DNA from: a virus
Taxonomy: Duplodnaviria; Caudoviricetes
Direction: 5' to 3' (one strand)
DNA: 56,294 nt
Virus record (IMG/VR): IMGVR_UViG_3300014903_000004
Coordinates: 1 to 56,294 of that record
In this document: one piece after another, positions 1-8,853 of the stretch
Layout of the letters: each line of letters begins with the position of its first letter
Position numbering within the stretch: the first letter of the stretch is position 1
Position numbers and translations under genes: made by a program
The notes under the pieces: model-generated
Databases searched by the model: none
What the model saw: only the letters and a program-made list of their open reading frames with translations
What the model was told of the DNA's origin: nothing

Positions 1-110
1 ACGATCTCGTAAAAGAGAACACGCTACAGCAGCTTAAAGTCGAACGACTCGAACGCAGGATAAAGGATCTTGAAAACAATCCAACCGAGAAAGTTATACT
101 GGGATTTTAG
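1..110 (+). CDS. 3' end of a truncated hypothetical coiled-coil protein
   Basis: Open frame DLVKENTLQQLKVERLERRIKDLENNPTEKVILGF ending TAG at 108-110, followed by a terminator. Confidence 0.5.
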   Translation, partial: DLVKENTLQQLKVERLERRIKDLENNPTEKVILGF

Positions 111-127
111 CCCAAAGTAAGCATAAG

Positions 128-160
128 GCCCGTTTAATATTTAATTATTCGGGCTTTTTG
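128..160 (+). terminator. Intrinsic terminator
   Basis: GCCCG...CGGGC stem followed by TTTTTG. Confidence 0.6.
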
Positions 161-218
161 TTTGCTTTTTCGATATATATAATATATGTTCTATACATCA
201 ATTAAAAAAGGAGCGATA

Positions 219-416
219 ATGACAAAGATATTTCCAATCATTTTAACACCAGAGCAAAGAAAAGAGCTAGAGAGTCAAGCAATGAGGCATGGTTATATGA
301 ATCTATCAGCTTACATGAGGGACAAAAGCATGTGTAAGCTAGACAGTGACGAAATCAAAACGCTCAAAGCTCAGAACGCAAAACTAATGAAGCTGATTGA
401 AGACAAAGAGGTGTAA
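219..416 (+). CDS. Small ribbon-helix-helix-like DNA-binding protein
   Basis: AGGAG SD before ATG 219; IILTPEQRKELESQAMRHGYMNLSAYMRD pattern. Confidence 0.55.
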   Translation: MTKIFPIILTPEQRKELESQAMRHGYMNLSAYMRDKSMCKLDSDEIKTLKAQNAKLMKLIEDKEV

Positions 417-418
417 CA

Positions 419-769
419 GTGGCTAGAACAAAAAATAAAGGGTTTTTCTATTTACTTAAAGCGATTGATGAAAATGGTTTATTTGTTTACAAGTATGGAG
501 CAACAACATCAAGCATCAAGAATAGAATATCATGGGCTAACACAAAAGGTAAATTAAAATTTGAATTATTTTATAAACAGAATTCAAAAGACGTTTTTGA
601 TTTAGAAAATTCTTTTAAATGGAAACTAACAGAATTAGCCATGCATTCATCTAAAATTATAAATTGGTCACACACTCATAAGTGTGGTGAATTTTTCGCT
701 TTCATTGAAGACCTATCCGAATTGTTAATTAAGATGGTTAATGAAAAAATTGATTACTTTGAGGTGTAA
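419..769 (+). CDS. GIY-YIG/T5orf172-like nuclease domain protein
   Basis: FYLLK...VYKYGATT...KNRI...LE...GEFF motif spacing. Confidence 0.6.
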   Translation: MARTKNKGFFYLLKAIDENGLFVYKYGATTSSIKNRISWANTKGKLKFELFYKQNSKDVFDLENSFKWKLTELAMHSSKIINWSHTHKCGEFFAFIEDLSELLIKMVNEKIDYFEV

Positions 770-1431
770 TGATGGCTGGTGACTGGATAAAATTAGAGCA
801 CGCAACTATTGATAAGCCAGAAATTTACAAGATGGCTGACATTCTCGAGTTAGACCCGAATCATATTTTGGGCAGCGTTCTGTCTGTTTGGATCTGGGCT
901 GACCAACAACTTGAAAGCGGTAACGCTGCGAACGTTACCAAAACGTTACTAGATCGTAAAGCAAACGTTACTAACTTTACAGATGCAATGGTTTCTGTTG
1001 GTTGGCTTAATAAAACAGATGAAGGCTACGAGTTCCCGAACTTCGATAGACATTTGGGAAATTCAGCAAAGAAACGGGCGCAAACAGCAAGAAGAGTTGC
1101 TAAAAGCAAGATAAAAACTAACGCTTATAGCGTTACTAAAGAGTTACCAAGTGCGTTACCTAGAGAAGAGAAGAGAAGAGAAGAGGGTAAAGAAAATAAT
1201 AAAAAGAAATCATCAGCCATCACTAATTTTTATAAAGAATGGACTGACCCAGAATTCTGGGAATTACTATTGGAAGTTAACAAAGATAAAAAATATGAGC
1301 ATTCAATGATTGAAAAGTTTTATACATATTGGGCTGAAAAGAACGACAAAGGTAAGATGAGATTCCAAATGGAAAAAACGTGGTCAATTAACGGGAGGCT
1401 TGCAAATTGGCACAGCAGACAGAACAATTAG
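769..1431 (+). CDS. Phage replication initiator (replisome organiser)
   Basis: MAGDWIKLE...WIWADQ N-terminus, FPNFDRH, internal iteron-like repeats, position upstream of helicase. Confidence 0.75.
   Translation: MMAGDWIKLEHATIDKPEIYKMADILELDPNHILGSVLSVWIWADQQLESGNAANVTKTLLDRKANVTNFTDAMVSVGWLNKTDEGYEFPNFDRHLGNSAKKRAQTARRVAKSKIKTNAYSVTKELPSALPREEKRREEGKENNKKKSSAITNFYKEWTDPEFWELLLEVNKDKKYEHSMIEKFYTYWAEKNDKGKMRFQMEKTWSINGRLANWHSRQNN
919..1186 (+). repeat. Putative origin iterons inside the initiator gene
   Basis: CGTTAC at 933, 944, 966, 1131, 1154; inverted TAACG at 921 and 1119; then an (AGAAG)n purine run and A-rich tract. Confidence 0.55.
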
Positions 1432-1655
1432 TAAACTTAATGTGCAAGTTCACAGAACTTGGGAAGCTAGACCAAGCTAGAAAGATAGCAAGAAAGCTAA
1501 TTGCAAACGACAAGGCTAGGCTTAATGCATTATCAAAGGTTGAAATCAATAGTGATAATTACAGAGCCGTGATGGATGAGTTAAACAAAATTGAGTTTTT
1601 ATATAAAAGAGGTAATTATGTTTGTAGAGCAGCCACCAAAAAATATAGAGCTTGA
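1407..1655 (+). CDS. Hypothetical protein (start may be ATG 1440)
   Basis: ORF fills the gap between initiator and helicase. Confidence 0.45.
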   Translation: MAQQTEQLVNLMCKFTELGKLDQARKIARKLIANDKARLNALSKVEINSDNYRAVMDELNKIEFLYKRGNYVCRAATKKYRA

Positions 1656-2961
1656 AAGAACTGTTCTTGGAAAACTCTTGAGCATTGAGAAATTCGAGAT
1701 TCAGTCAAAATTCATAGATGATATGGATTCAAGTTTTTTCTATCTTGCTGAAAATGTAGAGGTGTTCACTGCAATAAAATCCTGTATAGAGCAAAATACA
1801 TTAGCCAGCCCTATACATTTGATCGAGAGAAGTATGGTAGATGATAACTCTCTAACTGATATTCTTACATATCGTTTTGAGACAAATCAAAAAATGTCAT
1901 ATAAGATCAACGATCTAAAATTATTAGCATACCGACGCGAAGCAATACACAAGGCAAATGAGTTTATTTGTGATATGATGCGCGGAGAAGATGTAGTCAA
2001 TAAATCAGAGAAGTTTTTGCTAGAAACTGAAAGTGCGTTGACTTATGGGAAAAAGAGAAAACGTAAGACATCAAAACAAATGATGAAAAAAAGCCTTGAG
2101 GATGTAATGACAGGGGCTTGTTATAAGAATCTAGTGAGCTATGGGGTTCCGTTCCTTGATGCTCGTATTAACCATGAGAGAGGACAAACACATATCATAG
2201 GAGCTCAACCGGGTATAGGTAAAACTGCGATTGGTTTGACCATCGTAAGAAATGGAATACTTGCTAATAAACGTTGTGTTTTCTTTGTAAAAGAATCAAC
2301 AAAAGAGGAGCTTTTCGAGAGAATGATTGCTCAAAATACAAAAATAAGTTATTCTCAATTTAAGTTCAACTTTCAAGGTTTAGGCAAAAATGAGCAGAAC
2401 AGAATAATACAACACTACAAAATATTTAATGATGCGTGGAGCAATGTTCATTTTTTTGGTTGTGACGATTATGACCATTCACTTTCTCAGATGGACGAAA
2501 TCTTGTCAGGGATCATTGAGGAGCACGGCCCTGTTGATTTAGTCGTAGAAGATTATGTTCAAAATATGCCAGCTCCAAGATGGATGAAGAACCCGCCAAA
2601 GCATGAAGTAATAAGTTATAACATGGAAGGCTTAAGCGCAATGCACAAGAGGCATAAGGTTGCAGGTGTAACACTTGCTCAACTTAATCGTGACATTAAT
2701 GGCAAACCTCACATAACTAATTTAAAAGGATCAGGTAAGCTTGAAGAGGAGGGACATATAATAACGTTTTTGCATCGTGAAAGAAACACACAGCCAGTTG
2801 AAGGCAAAATTCCAACTGAGATATATTGCGAGAAACATCGATTAGGAGCTGAATTCAGTGACATTACAATTGGGTTAGAGCTACCTGGTGTTGATTTTGT
2901 AGAGATGCCACATTATCAAAAATCAGACCAGCCACCTAATCTTAATAAACCCAAAATATAG
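1618..2961 (+). CDS. dnaB: DnaB-like replicative helicase
   Basis: PPKNIELERTVLG N-terminus, Walker A GAQPGIGKT, VVEDYVQ, LAQLNR, LKGSGKLEE; GAGGT SD before ATG 1618. Confidence 0.9.
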   Translation: MFVEQPPKNIELERTVLGKLLSIEKFEIQSKFIDDMDSSFFYLAENVEVFTAIKSCIEQNTLASPIHLIERSMVDDNSLTDILTYRFETNQKMSYKINDLKLLAYRREAIHKANEFICDMMRGEDVVNKSEKFLLETESALTYGKKRKRKTSKQMMKKSLEDVMTGACYKNLVSYGVPFLDARINHERGQTHIIGAQPGIGKTAIGLTIVRNGILANKRCVFFVKESTKEELFERMIAQNTKISYSQFKFNFQGLGKNEQNRIIQHYKIFNDAWSNVHFFGCDDYDHSLSQMDEILSGIIEEHGPVDLVVEDYVQNMPAPRWMKNPPKHEVISYNMEGLSAMHKRHKVAGVTLAQLNRDINGKPHITNLKGSGKLEEEGHIITFLHRERNTQPVEGKIPTEIYCEKHRLGAEFSDITIGLELPGVDFVEMPHYQKSDQPPNLNKPKI

Positions 2962-3074
2962 GAGCAATAAAATGATTTGTAGCGACGCGAAAGAGTGCCC
3001 GATTTCTGATGAATGTCCGCACGGTGAAAGCCACGAGCACAACAAAGAGTGCGAAATAAAATGCAGCGGGGCCA

Positions 3075-3272
3075 TTGAAGGCGAGGCTGAGTGTGAAGAG
3101 GAATAAGCCGGAGTTCAGAGCCGAGATTGTGGAGACTAAAGGGATTGAATATTTTAAGGCGTATCATAACGCTGAGTCTGATCAAGCCCAGGTGATGACG
3201 ATTAACCCTGTGAAGGCTGAAATCATGATTAATACCTTACAAAACTATATAAATAACAAAAAGGAGGCTTGA
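3075..3272 (+). CDS. Hypothetical protein
   Basis: ORF track only. Confidence 0.4.
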   Translation: MKARLSVKRNKPEFRAEIVETKGIEYFKAYHNAESDQAQVMTINPVKAEIMINTLQNYINNKKEA

Positions 3273-3297
3273 TAAAAACATAGAATTGATATAAAAT
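3269..3297 (+). promoter_or_regulatory. Sigma70-type promoter
   Basis: TTGATA-N17-TAAAAT. Confidence 0.65.
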
Positions 3298-3313
3298 AAA
3301 CTCAGACAATAAA

Positions 3314-3399
3314 AGCGAGTACGAGCCGCTAAGAATAGATTTTTAAAGCCCCAAGGCGCTCACTGCTCGTACCAGTGAATTGCTAAGGGGTTTTTTATT
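3314..3399 (+). promoter_or_regulatory. Two-hairpin kissing-loop terminator/attenuator A
   Basis: Loop GTACGAGC (3319-3326) is complementary to GCTCGTAC (3365-3372) at the apex of a CCCC..GGGG-TTTTTT terminator. Confidence 0.65.
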
Positions 3400-3461
3400 G
3401 GATAAATTTTAACCGTCCGTTAAATGGAGAGGATAAAAACAACGCAAAATAAGGAAATGAG

Positions 3462-4088
3462 ATGAAAATATTAGTAGCTTGTGAAGAATCACAGACCATA
3501 ACAAAAGAATTACGCAAGTTAGGCCACGAGGCGTATTCAAACGATGTTGATGAGTGCAGCGGTGGGTTGCACTCAATACATTTGCAAATGGATTGCTTTG
3601 ATGCAATAAAGTTTTTTGATAAGTGGGATATGATTATAATGCATCCACCATGCACTGCGATGACTGTCTCAGGTAACAGCACTTATGGGTTAAATAAAGA
3701 TGGTACGCCAAAGCCAAAGCACAACGAGCGAGTAAAAGCTGTAAAATGGACTCAAGATTTATGGAACCTAGCAACTTCTGTTTGTGATAAAGTTGCAATG
3801 GAGAATCCTGTAGGAGTTCTTAACACCATGGGGGATTTTCCTAAAGCAAACTATATACAGCCTTACCAGTTCGGACACATGGAGCAAAAGAAAACAGGAT
3901 TATGGCTTCACGGATTGGAGCCACTGAAAGCAACTAATGACGTATATGAAGATATGATGAAGTTGCCTAAAAAAGAGAGAGAGCGACTTCACTATATGTC
4001 ACCTGGTCCAGAACGTACAAGAATGCGAAGTAAGACTTTCGCTGGAATTGCCGAGGCTATAGCGTGGCAGTGGGCTGGTCAAATTTAA
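3462..4088 (+). CDS. Short phage DNA cytosine methyltransferase-like protein
   Basis: MKILVACEES, HPPCT catalytic motif, ENPVG, RSKTF.GIA.A.A.QW. Confidence 0.8.
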   Translation: MKILVACEESQTITKELRKLGHEAYSNDVDECSGGLHSIHLQMDCFDAIKFFDKWDMIIMHPPCTAMTVSGNSTYGLNKDGTPKPKHNERVKAVKWTQDLWNLATSVCDKVAMENPVGVLNTMGDFPKANYIQPYQFGHMEQKKTGLWLHGLEPLKATNDVYEDMMKLPKKERERLHYMSPGPERTRMRSKTFAGIAEAIAWQWAGQI

Positions 4089-4137
4089 ACCGTCCGTATA
4101 ATGGACACAATAAAAACTAAACAAAATAAGGAATGTT

Positions 4138-5061
4138 ATGAATGTACTTTCATTATTTGATGGCATGAGTTGCGGGCGCATAGCCTTAGAGCGTGCCGGT
4201 ATAAAAGTAAATAATTACTTTGCAGCTGAAATAGATAAATATGCTATCAAGGTATCAAAGGCAAACTGGCCGGACATCGAGCATCTTGGAGACGTTACAA
4301 ATAATTGTTTTTGGGACTTACCAAAAATTGATTTGCTGATTGGTGGTAGCCCTTGTCAAGGATTTAGTTTTTCAGGCAAGCAACTGAACTTTGATGATCC
4401 TCGTAGCAAGTTGTTTTTCTCTTTTATAGACTGCTTAAATGCGTTTAAACCAAAATATTTCTTTCTTGAAAATGTGAGAATGAAAAAAGAATCCGAAAGG
4501 GTCATAACAAAGCTGCTTGGTGTTGATCCAATTAAAATAAATTCAGCGCTGGTATCTGCTCAGAATAGAAAGCGGCTATATTGGACTAACATACCAGGTA
4601 TATGTCAGCCAAATGATAAAGGAATTATCCTTAGAGATATTTTAGAGAATGGAGAAAACTTTGTATATCAGAGAGCGAGAGGCAATAATCCTGGTGGTCT
4701 AAGATCTGATAAATCCCCGTGTATGGGTGCTAGTTCTTGGCAGCACAATGTTAAAGTACTATCCAAGGCAGCTCTTGTAAGAATTGAAAGAAAAAACTAT
4801 TCTAAACCTAAAATCATGCCGGAAAAAACAGGCACACTAAATACTGTGAATAATGCGCCAAAACTTTGTTTTGACTCAGGAAGTACTCTTATACCGGTAG
4901 GGGGTGGTGATTACAGAATGCTAGTTCCAGTTGAGTGTGAACGGCTTCAAACAGTTCCCGATAACTACACAAACCACGTGTCAAAAACACAGCGTTATAA
5001 GATGCTAGGTAACTGTTGGACTATCGATGTTATTGTTCACATATTCAAAGGGTTAAAATAA
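4138..5061 (+). CDS. C5 DNA cytosine methyltransferase
   Basis: LSLFDG (motif I), GGSPCQGFS (IV), LENV (VI), QNRKRLY (VIII), ECERLQT, KMLGN (X). Confidence 0.95.
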   Translation: MNVLSLFDGMSCGRIALERAGIKVNNYFAAEIDKYAIKVSKANWPDIEHLGDVTNNCFWDLPKIDLLIGGSPCQGFSFSGKQLNFDDPRSKLFFSFIDCLNAFKPKYFFLENVRMKKESERVITKLLGVDPIKINSALVSAQNRKRLYWTNIPGICQPNDKGIILRDILENGENFVYQRARGNNPGGLRSDKSPCMGASSWQHNVKVLSKAALVRIERKNYSKPKIMPEKTGTLNTVNNAPKLCFDSGSTLIPVGGGDYRMLVPVECERLQTVPDNYTNHVSKTQRYKMLGNCWTIDVIVHIFKGLK

Positions 5062-5092
5062 CAACCGTCCGGTTTTCGGACAAGGAGAAAAT

Positions 5093-5497
5093 ATGAAAAA
5101 AGATAAAAAATGCTACGTGTGTGAAGGAAATACACCGACTTGGATAGACCATGATAGATGTGAAAAGCATGATGTGTGCCTAACTTGTGGTATTAATCGC
5201 AAAGATTTAAAAGAACCACCTTGGGGTGATGAGAAGGGGTTTGTCTGTAAATCGTGCGAAGAGCAGACAGTAAAGGATAAAGTTGATTCTTTTCAAGCAA
5301 CAGAGCCAGAAGAGATGGATTTATACAGTAATGATAAAATTATCTGTCCAAACTGTGGTGAAGAGCATGAATCTGATGGTGAGTCGACAGCCTTTTATTC
5401 TGAAGATAGTCATGATTTTGATTGCGGTGAATGCAACACCACATTCGTGGTAGAAACCCGTATGAGTTTTAGCTATCAAACAAGCATAAAGCAATAA
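5093..5497 (+). CDS. Cys-rich (multiple CxxC) zinc-ribbon protein
   Basis: CYVC, CLTC, CKSC, CPNC, CGEC; AGGAG SD. Confidence 0.75.
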   Translation: MKKDKKCYVCEGNTPTWIDHDRCEKHDVCLTCGINRKDLKEPPWGDEKGFVCKSCEEQTVKDKVDSFQATEPEEMDLYSNDKIICPNCGEEHESDGESTAFYSEDSHDFDCGECNTTFVVETRMSFSYQTSIKQ

Positions 5498-5694
5498 CGT
5501 CCGGATGATAGACATAATTTACTCAGTCTAAGCAAATCGGTACAAGTTGAGTTCTCGGAATTTTGAAGGGCTGAAATATTGCCTTTCGGATTCTAAGCTA
5601 CAGTAAGAAAAATTACTGATCGGTAAGAAATAATATAAGAACCCGTCTATCTGGGTGAGTCTAAAAATAAATGGAAAAATATAATCTTCTGTTG

Positions 5695-5723
5695 TTGCAT
5701 TATTGTCCAAAGGACAATATACT
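5695..5723 (+). promoter_or_regulatory. Sigma70 promoter with a palindromic operator in the spacer
   Basis: TTGCAT-N17-TATACT; TATTGTCC-AAA-GGACAATA at 5701-5719. Confidence 0.7.
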
Positions 5724-5744
5724 AAATATTAACAAAGGGGGACT

Positions 5745-5909
5745 ATGACACGAATACAGAAGTTGATACAGTCTACAGGCGGGACAAAGAAGTTTATAGC
5801 CAGTGTAGGCAGCATACCAAAGAGTACAGTTGATTCATGGTCATGTGGAAGAAAAGAACCGCCAGAGTGGGCCACAGATCTAATTGAGGATAAACTAAAA
5901 GAAACTTAA
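5745..5909 (+). CDS. 54-aa HTH (Cro/XRE-like) regulator, below the ORF-track cutoff
   Basis: MTRIQKLIQSTGGTKKFIASVGSIPKSTVDSWSCGRKEPPEWATDLIEDKLKET; GGGGG SD. Confidence 0.7.
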   Translation: MTRIQKLIQSTGGTKKFIASVGSIPKSTVDSWSCGRKEPPEWATDLIEDKLKET

Positions 5910-5925
5910 CCAAACGAGGCCGACC

Positions 5926-6075
5926 ATGACACTTGATCTTGAAATTCAAATAGCACTATCTCCAGAATGTAGAGCTATTGCATTCAACAACTATTCTTAT
6001 AAAGGTGGTCAGAAAGTAATGTTAGCCGACACGAAAGTGGCTATTTCAACAGCACATAAGAGACTAACTAAATAA
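5926..6075 (+). CDS. Small hypothetical protein
   Basis: GAGG SD, 49-aa ORF in the small-gene array. Confidence 0.5.
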   Translation: MTLDLEIQIALSPECRAIAFNNYSYKGGQKVMLADTKVAISTAHKRLTK

Positions 6076-6095
6076 CCAACATATGAGGAGATAAC

Positions 6096-6269
6096 ATGAC
6101 TTGGAAAGAAGAGATAGAGAATTTAAGTGAAGAGGCAGCGAAGAAGTTTTTGGATGCAACAGCAATAGCAAACTTTGCTATGATTGCAAAAGAAATGCTT
6201 TGTGATGATTTGAAAGCCGTAGCTGTTAAAGCAGTTCAAGATATGAATGAGATTACTAACAACTGGTAG
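6096..6269 (+). CDS. Small hypothetical protein
   Basis: GAGGAG SD, 57-aa ORF. Confidence 0.6.
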   Translation: MTWKEEIENLSEEAAKKFLDATAIANFAMIAKEMLCDDLKAVAVKAVQDMNEITNNW

Positions 6270-6298
6270 TCTATAAAACGAACGAATGAGGTGATGAT

Positions 6299-6535
6299 AT
6301 GTCTAAAGGTAGTATAATTAAAAACAGTGAGACTTTAAGGCTTGACGTAGTTATACCTGAGAGTGACTTAAAATTCATGCTTAGTGAGCTTCTTAGAAGA
6401 GAATATGACATGGTTGGTAAGTTTGTTAACATCAACTCTGACATGGTTTGTGAAGAAGAGGGAGGCAAAGAGCTTTATAAAGCAACAAGTATAGATAAAA
6501 TATTGATGTCTATAATCAAGCGTATTGAGATTTAA
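6299..6535 (+). CDS. Hypothetical protein
   Basis: GAGGTG SD. Confidence 0.65.
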   Translation: MSKGSIIKNSETLRLDVVIPESDLKFMLSELLRREYDMVGKFVNINSDMVCEEEGGKELYKATSIDKILMSIIKRIEI

Positions 6536-6565
6536 TTCTAAAAACCGAAGGGATGAGGTGAGGAT

Positions 6566-6886
6566 ATGAGGAAATTTAATAAAGATGAGCCTTACTTAAC
6601 TATGAGTGGAGTTGCTAAGAACTTTGACCCTAAATCAACAGCAACAAATATTCAGTGTAGCTTAACTGTAAATGGAAACGACTTCTTTATAGATGTGACA
6701 GGTAGAACCCAAAAAGAAGCAGAACAAAAATACAATGATGCATGGGAAAGAATTACTAATTCCAACAAACAGCCTTCAGAAGATGAAGATTACAAAAGAG
6801 AATTAGAAAAACTTTGTAAAGAATATAAACCACCACTCATTAATCGAATGGGCGGTAAGCGCAGAACTAAAAAAGAATGGGAGTGA
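6566..6886 (+). CDS. Hypothetical protein
   Basis: GAGGTGAGG SD. Confidence 0.65.
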   Translation: MRKFNKDEPYLTMSGVAKNFDPKSTATNIQCSLTVNGNDFFIDVTGRTQKEAEQKYNDAWERITNSNKQPSEDEDYKRELEKLCKEYKPPLINRMGGKRRTKKEWE

Positions 6887-6911
6887 TTCCAACAACCCAA
6901 GGTCATAAATT

Positions 6912-7094
6912 ATGATGACACGCAGAAAGTTCGCACGTATAATGAGAGCAAAAAGAGTCGCCTTAGAGACTGCAGGCAGTCTTAGGGCTTGTGTTAATAA
7001 CACCATGATATCCAATGTTTTATCTTCTGAGGAAAATCAAAAAATAGAAGACGTTGAGGATATCTTAAGAAAAGCAAATGAGCTTATTAAATAA
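6912..7094 (+). CDS. Hypothetical protein
   Basis: ORF between two boundary repeats. Confidence 0.55.
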   Translation: MMTRRKFARIMRAKRVALETAGSLRACVNNTMISNVLSSEENQKIEDVEDILRKANELIK

Positions 7095-7118
7095 TCCAAT
7101 TAACGAAACTAAAACGGG

Positions 7119-7322
7119 GTGATTATGAAATGTCCACACAAAGATTTTTTAGGATCAGAAATAAAGGAGGGTGATACTTTAATTCACCCAAGTGGCGAGA
7201 AATTTAAAGTAGAATACGTTGAAGGGTTTGGCCCGTGGCGAGCTGCCTATGAAGATGGTGATAGTTTGTGGCTTGCCAATCAAGTAAATGATAAAGGTCA
7301 AGCGGTATTATATTCCAACTAA
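7119..7322 (+). CDS. Hypothetical protein (YopX-like fragment)
   Basis: KDFLGSEIKEGDTL resembles the YopX D..G.EI.EGD motif. Confidence 0.55.
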   Translation: MIMKCPHKDFLGSEIKEGDTLIHPSGEKFKVEYVEGFGPWRAAYEDGDSLWLANQVNDKGQAVLYSN

Positions 7323-7339
7323 CCAACGGTAGGTGAGAT

Positions 7340-7876
7340 ATGAGAGAGTCAATAGAAGTTATTAAGTGTGATAAAATGAGAAAGACTAGAATAATAAGCG
7401 CATTTCCAGCATGTGGTAAAACATACTTATTTAATAACCCACAAAACTATTCGGTATTGGATAGTGATAGTAGCGAATACAGTTGGGTGAAAGATGATGA
7501 CGGAAACAACACGAAAGTTAGAAATCCAGAGTTTCCACAAAATTACATTGATCATATCAAAACTAATATTGGAGAGGTAGACTTTATCCTTGTAAGCAGT
7601 CACAGCGATGTAAGACAAGCTCTTGATAACAATGAGTTAAATTGGTGTGCAGTTACACCTGATGCAAATTTATTGAATGAGTGGATTGGAAGGTGTTATG
7701 TTCGTGGCAGTAGTGAAGGGTTTCTTAAAATGCTAATTAAAAACTGGAAAGAATGGACGAATTGGCAAGCGATAAATATGGACTTTGATAATTGCGGTCA
7801 TGCTATTTTGTCAACTGGTGAATATCTAACAGATAAATTATACTGGCTTGAAACTCTGCAATACAACGAATCTTAA
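7340..7876 (+). CDS. P-loop NTPase/nucleotide kinase-like protein
   Basis: IISAFPACGKT Walker A-like motif, LDSDSS, NPEFPQNY. Confidence 0.7.
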   Translation: MRESIEVIKCDKMRKTRIISAFPACGKTYLFNNPQNYSVLDSDSSEYSWVKDDDGNNTKVRNPEFPQNYIDHIKTNIGEVDFILVSSHSDVRQALDNNELNWCAVTPDANLLNEWIGRCYVRGSSEGFLKMLIKNWKEWTNWQAINMDFDNCGHAILSTGEYLTDKLYWLETLQYNES

Positions 7877-7901
7877 TTCCAACAACGGAAGGATTTGAGC
7901 A

Positions 7902-8234
7902 ATGAATATAGAAATGTTTATAGGCAGAATTAGAAATTCATTTACCGGGTCTGAGTACGTTTTTACAAGTGGCAGTTGCTATCAGCTTTTTGTAATCGTT
8001 CTTGCTTTATTCCCAACTTGTTCAGCCTACACAAATGGCGATCATGTATTAATTGAGAATGACGGTGTGTTTTATGATATCAATGGAATTGTTGAAGACA
8101 TACAAGGCTATAAGCACTATAATTATACTAAAGACGAACTTCATAAAACTACATTCTCAATGTGGTCGTGTGGCTTAGAGTGTCCGAATTGTGACGATAT
8201 AATTGAGTATAGTCATTTAATAAACCAGTCTTAA
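7902..8234 (+). CDS. Hypothetical protein
   Basis: GSCYQL...HV...FYDING motif and C-terminal CPNC. Confidence 0.65.
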   Translation: MNIEMFIGRIRNSFTGSEYVFTSGSCYQLFVIVLALFPTCSAYTNGDHVLIENDGVFYDINGIVEDIQGYKHYNYTKDELHKTTFSMWSCGLECPNCDDIIEYSHLINQS

Positions 8235-8434
8235 AACCCAACCAAAAGGTGATGAAATGAATGAGAAAGAACGAATTACTAAAAGAGACATTGAGACGAT
8301 TAGAAGAGTCTAAATAACAAAGAGTAGCGAGTATAAACGCGGTCAAGCCTGTAAGCTCTTAAAAAAAATCAGGTGGGTTTGGTTAGCCCTCGGAGAAGTA
8401 ACCATTAATCTATTAACCCAAGGGTAGGTAAATC

Positions 8435-8635
8435 ATGAGTGCAGCAGCAATAAATATGCTTTCAAAGGAAGTAACGAATTTAAATAGACAGGTTGATACT
8501 CTTATCAACGGATTCGCTCGGATTGAGAATGAAACATTTCAACCAAAGAATAAAACAGAATGTATTAGCAATGTAAGGCTAATTATTAAAGAGACTCGGC
8601 ATAAACTAAATAAAAAACAACTGGGCTTAGCTTAG
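8435..8635 (+). CDS. Hypothetical protein
   Basis: AGGT SD after a boundary repeat. Confidence 0.55.
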   Translation: MSAAAINMLSKEVTNLNRQVDTLINGFARIENETFQPKNKTECISNVRLIIKETRHKLNKKQLGLA

Positions 8636-8661
8636 CCCAACAACCCAACGGTAGGTTAGAT

Positions 8662-8853
8662 ATGGCATACTGTGAAATCTGCAATGAAGGTATATGTGAG
8701 TGCGACAAGGTAATTATTGATTGTGTCGGTGTTGATGATAGACGGCATAGATGTGAACCGCACAAAGACACCGCAAAATGTGGAATGAAGGTGAAGAGAA
8801 AAAAGAATATAGATAAGATAAATTTGGCTGGGTGCTGGGAATGCACTTATTAA
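8662..8853 (+). CDS. Small Cys-rich protein
   Basis: AGGT SD; multiple Cys residues. Confidence 0.55.
   Translation: MAYCEICNEGICECDKVIIDCVGVDDRRHRCEPHKDTAKCGMKVKRKKNIDKINLAGCWECTY

Larger units (their letters stand above)
3411..5514 (+). repeat. Four copies of an AACCGTCCG-n-GGACA hairpin junction repeat
   Basis: Copies at 3411, 4089, 5063 and 5496 (last degenerate); the last three lie right after a stop codon. Confidence 0.7.
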
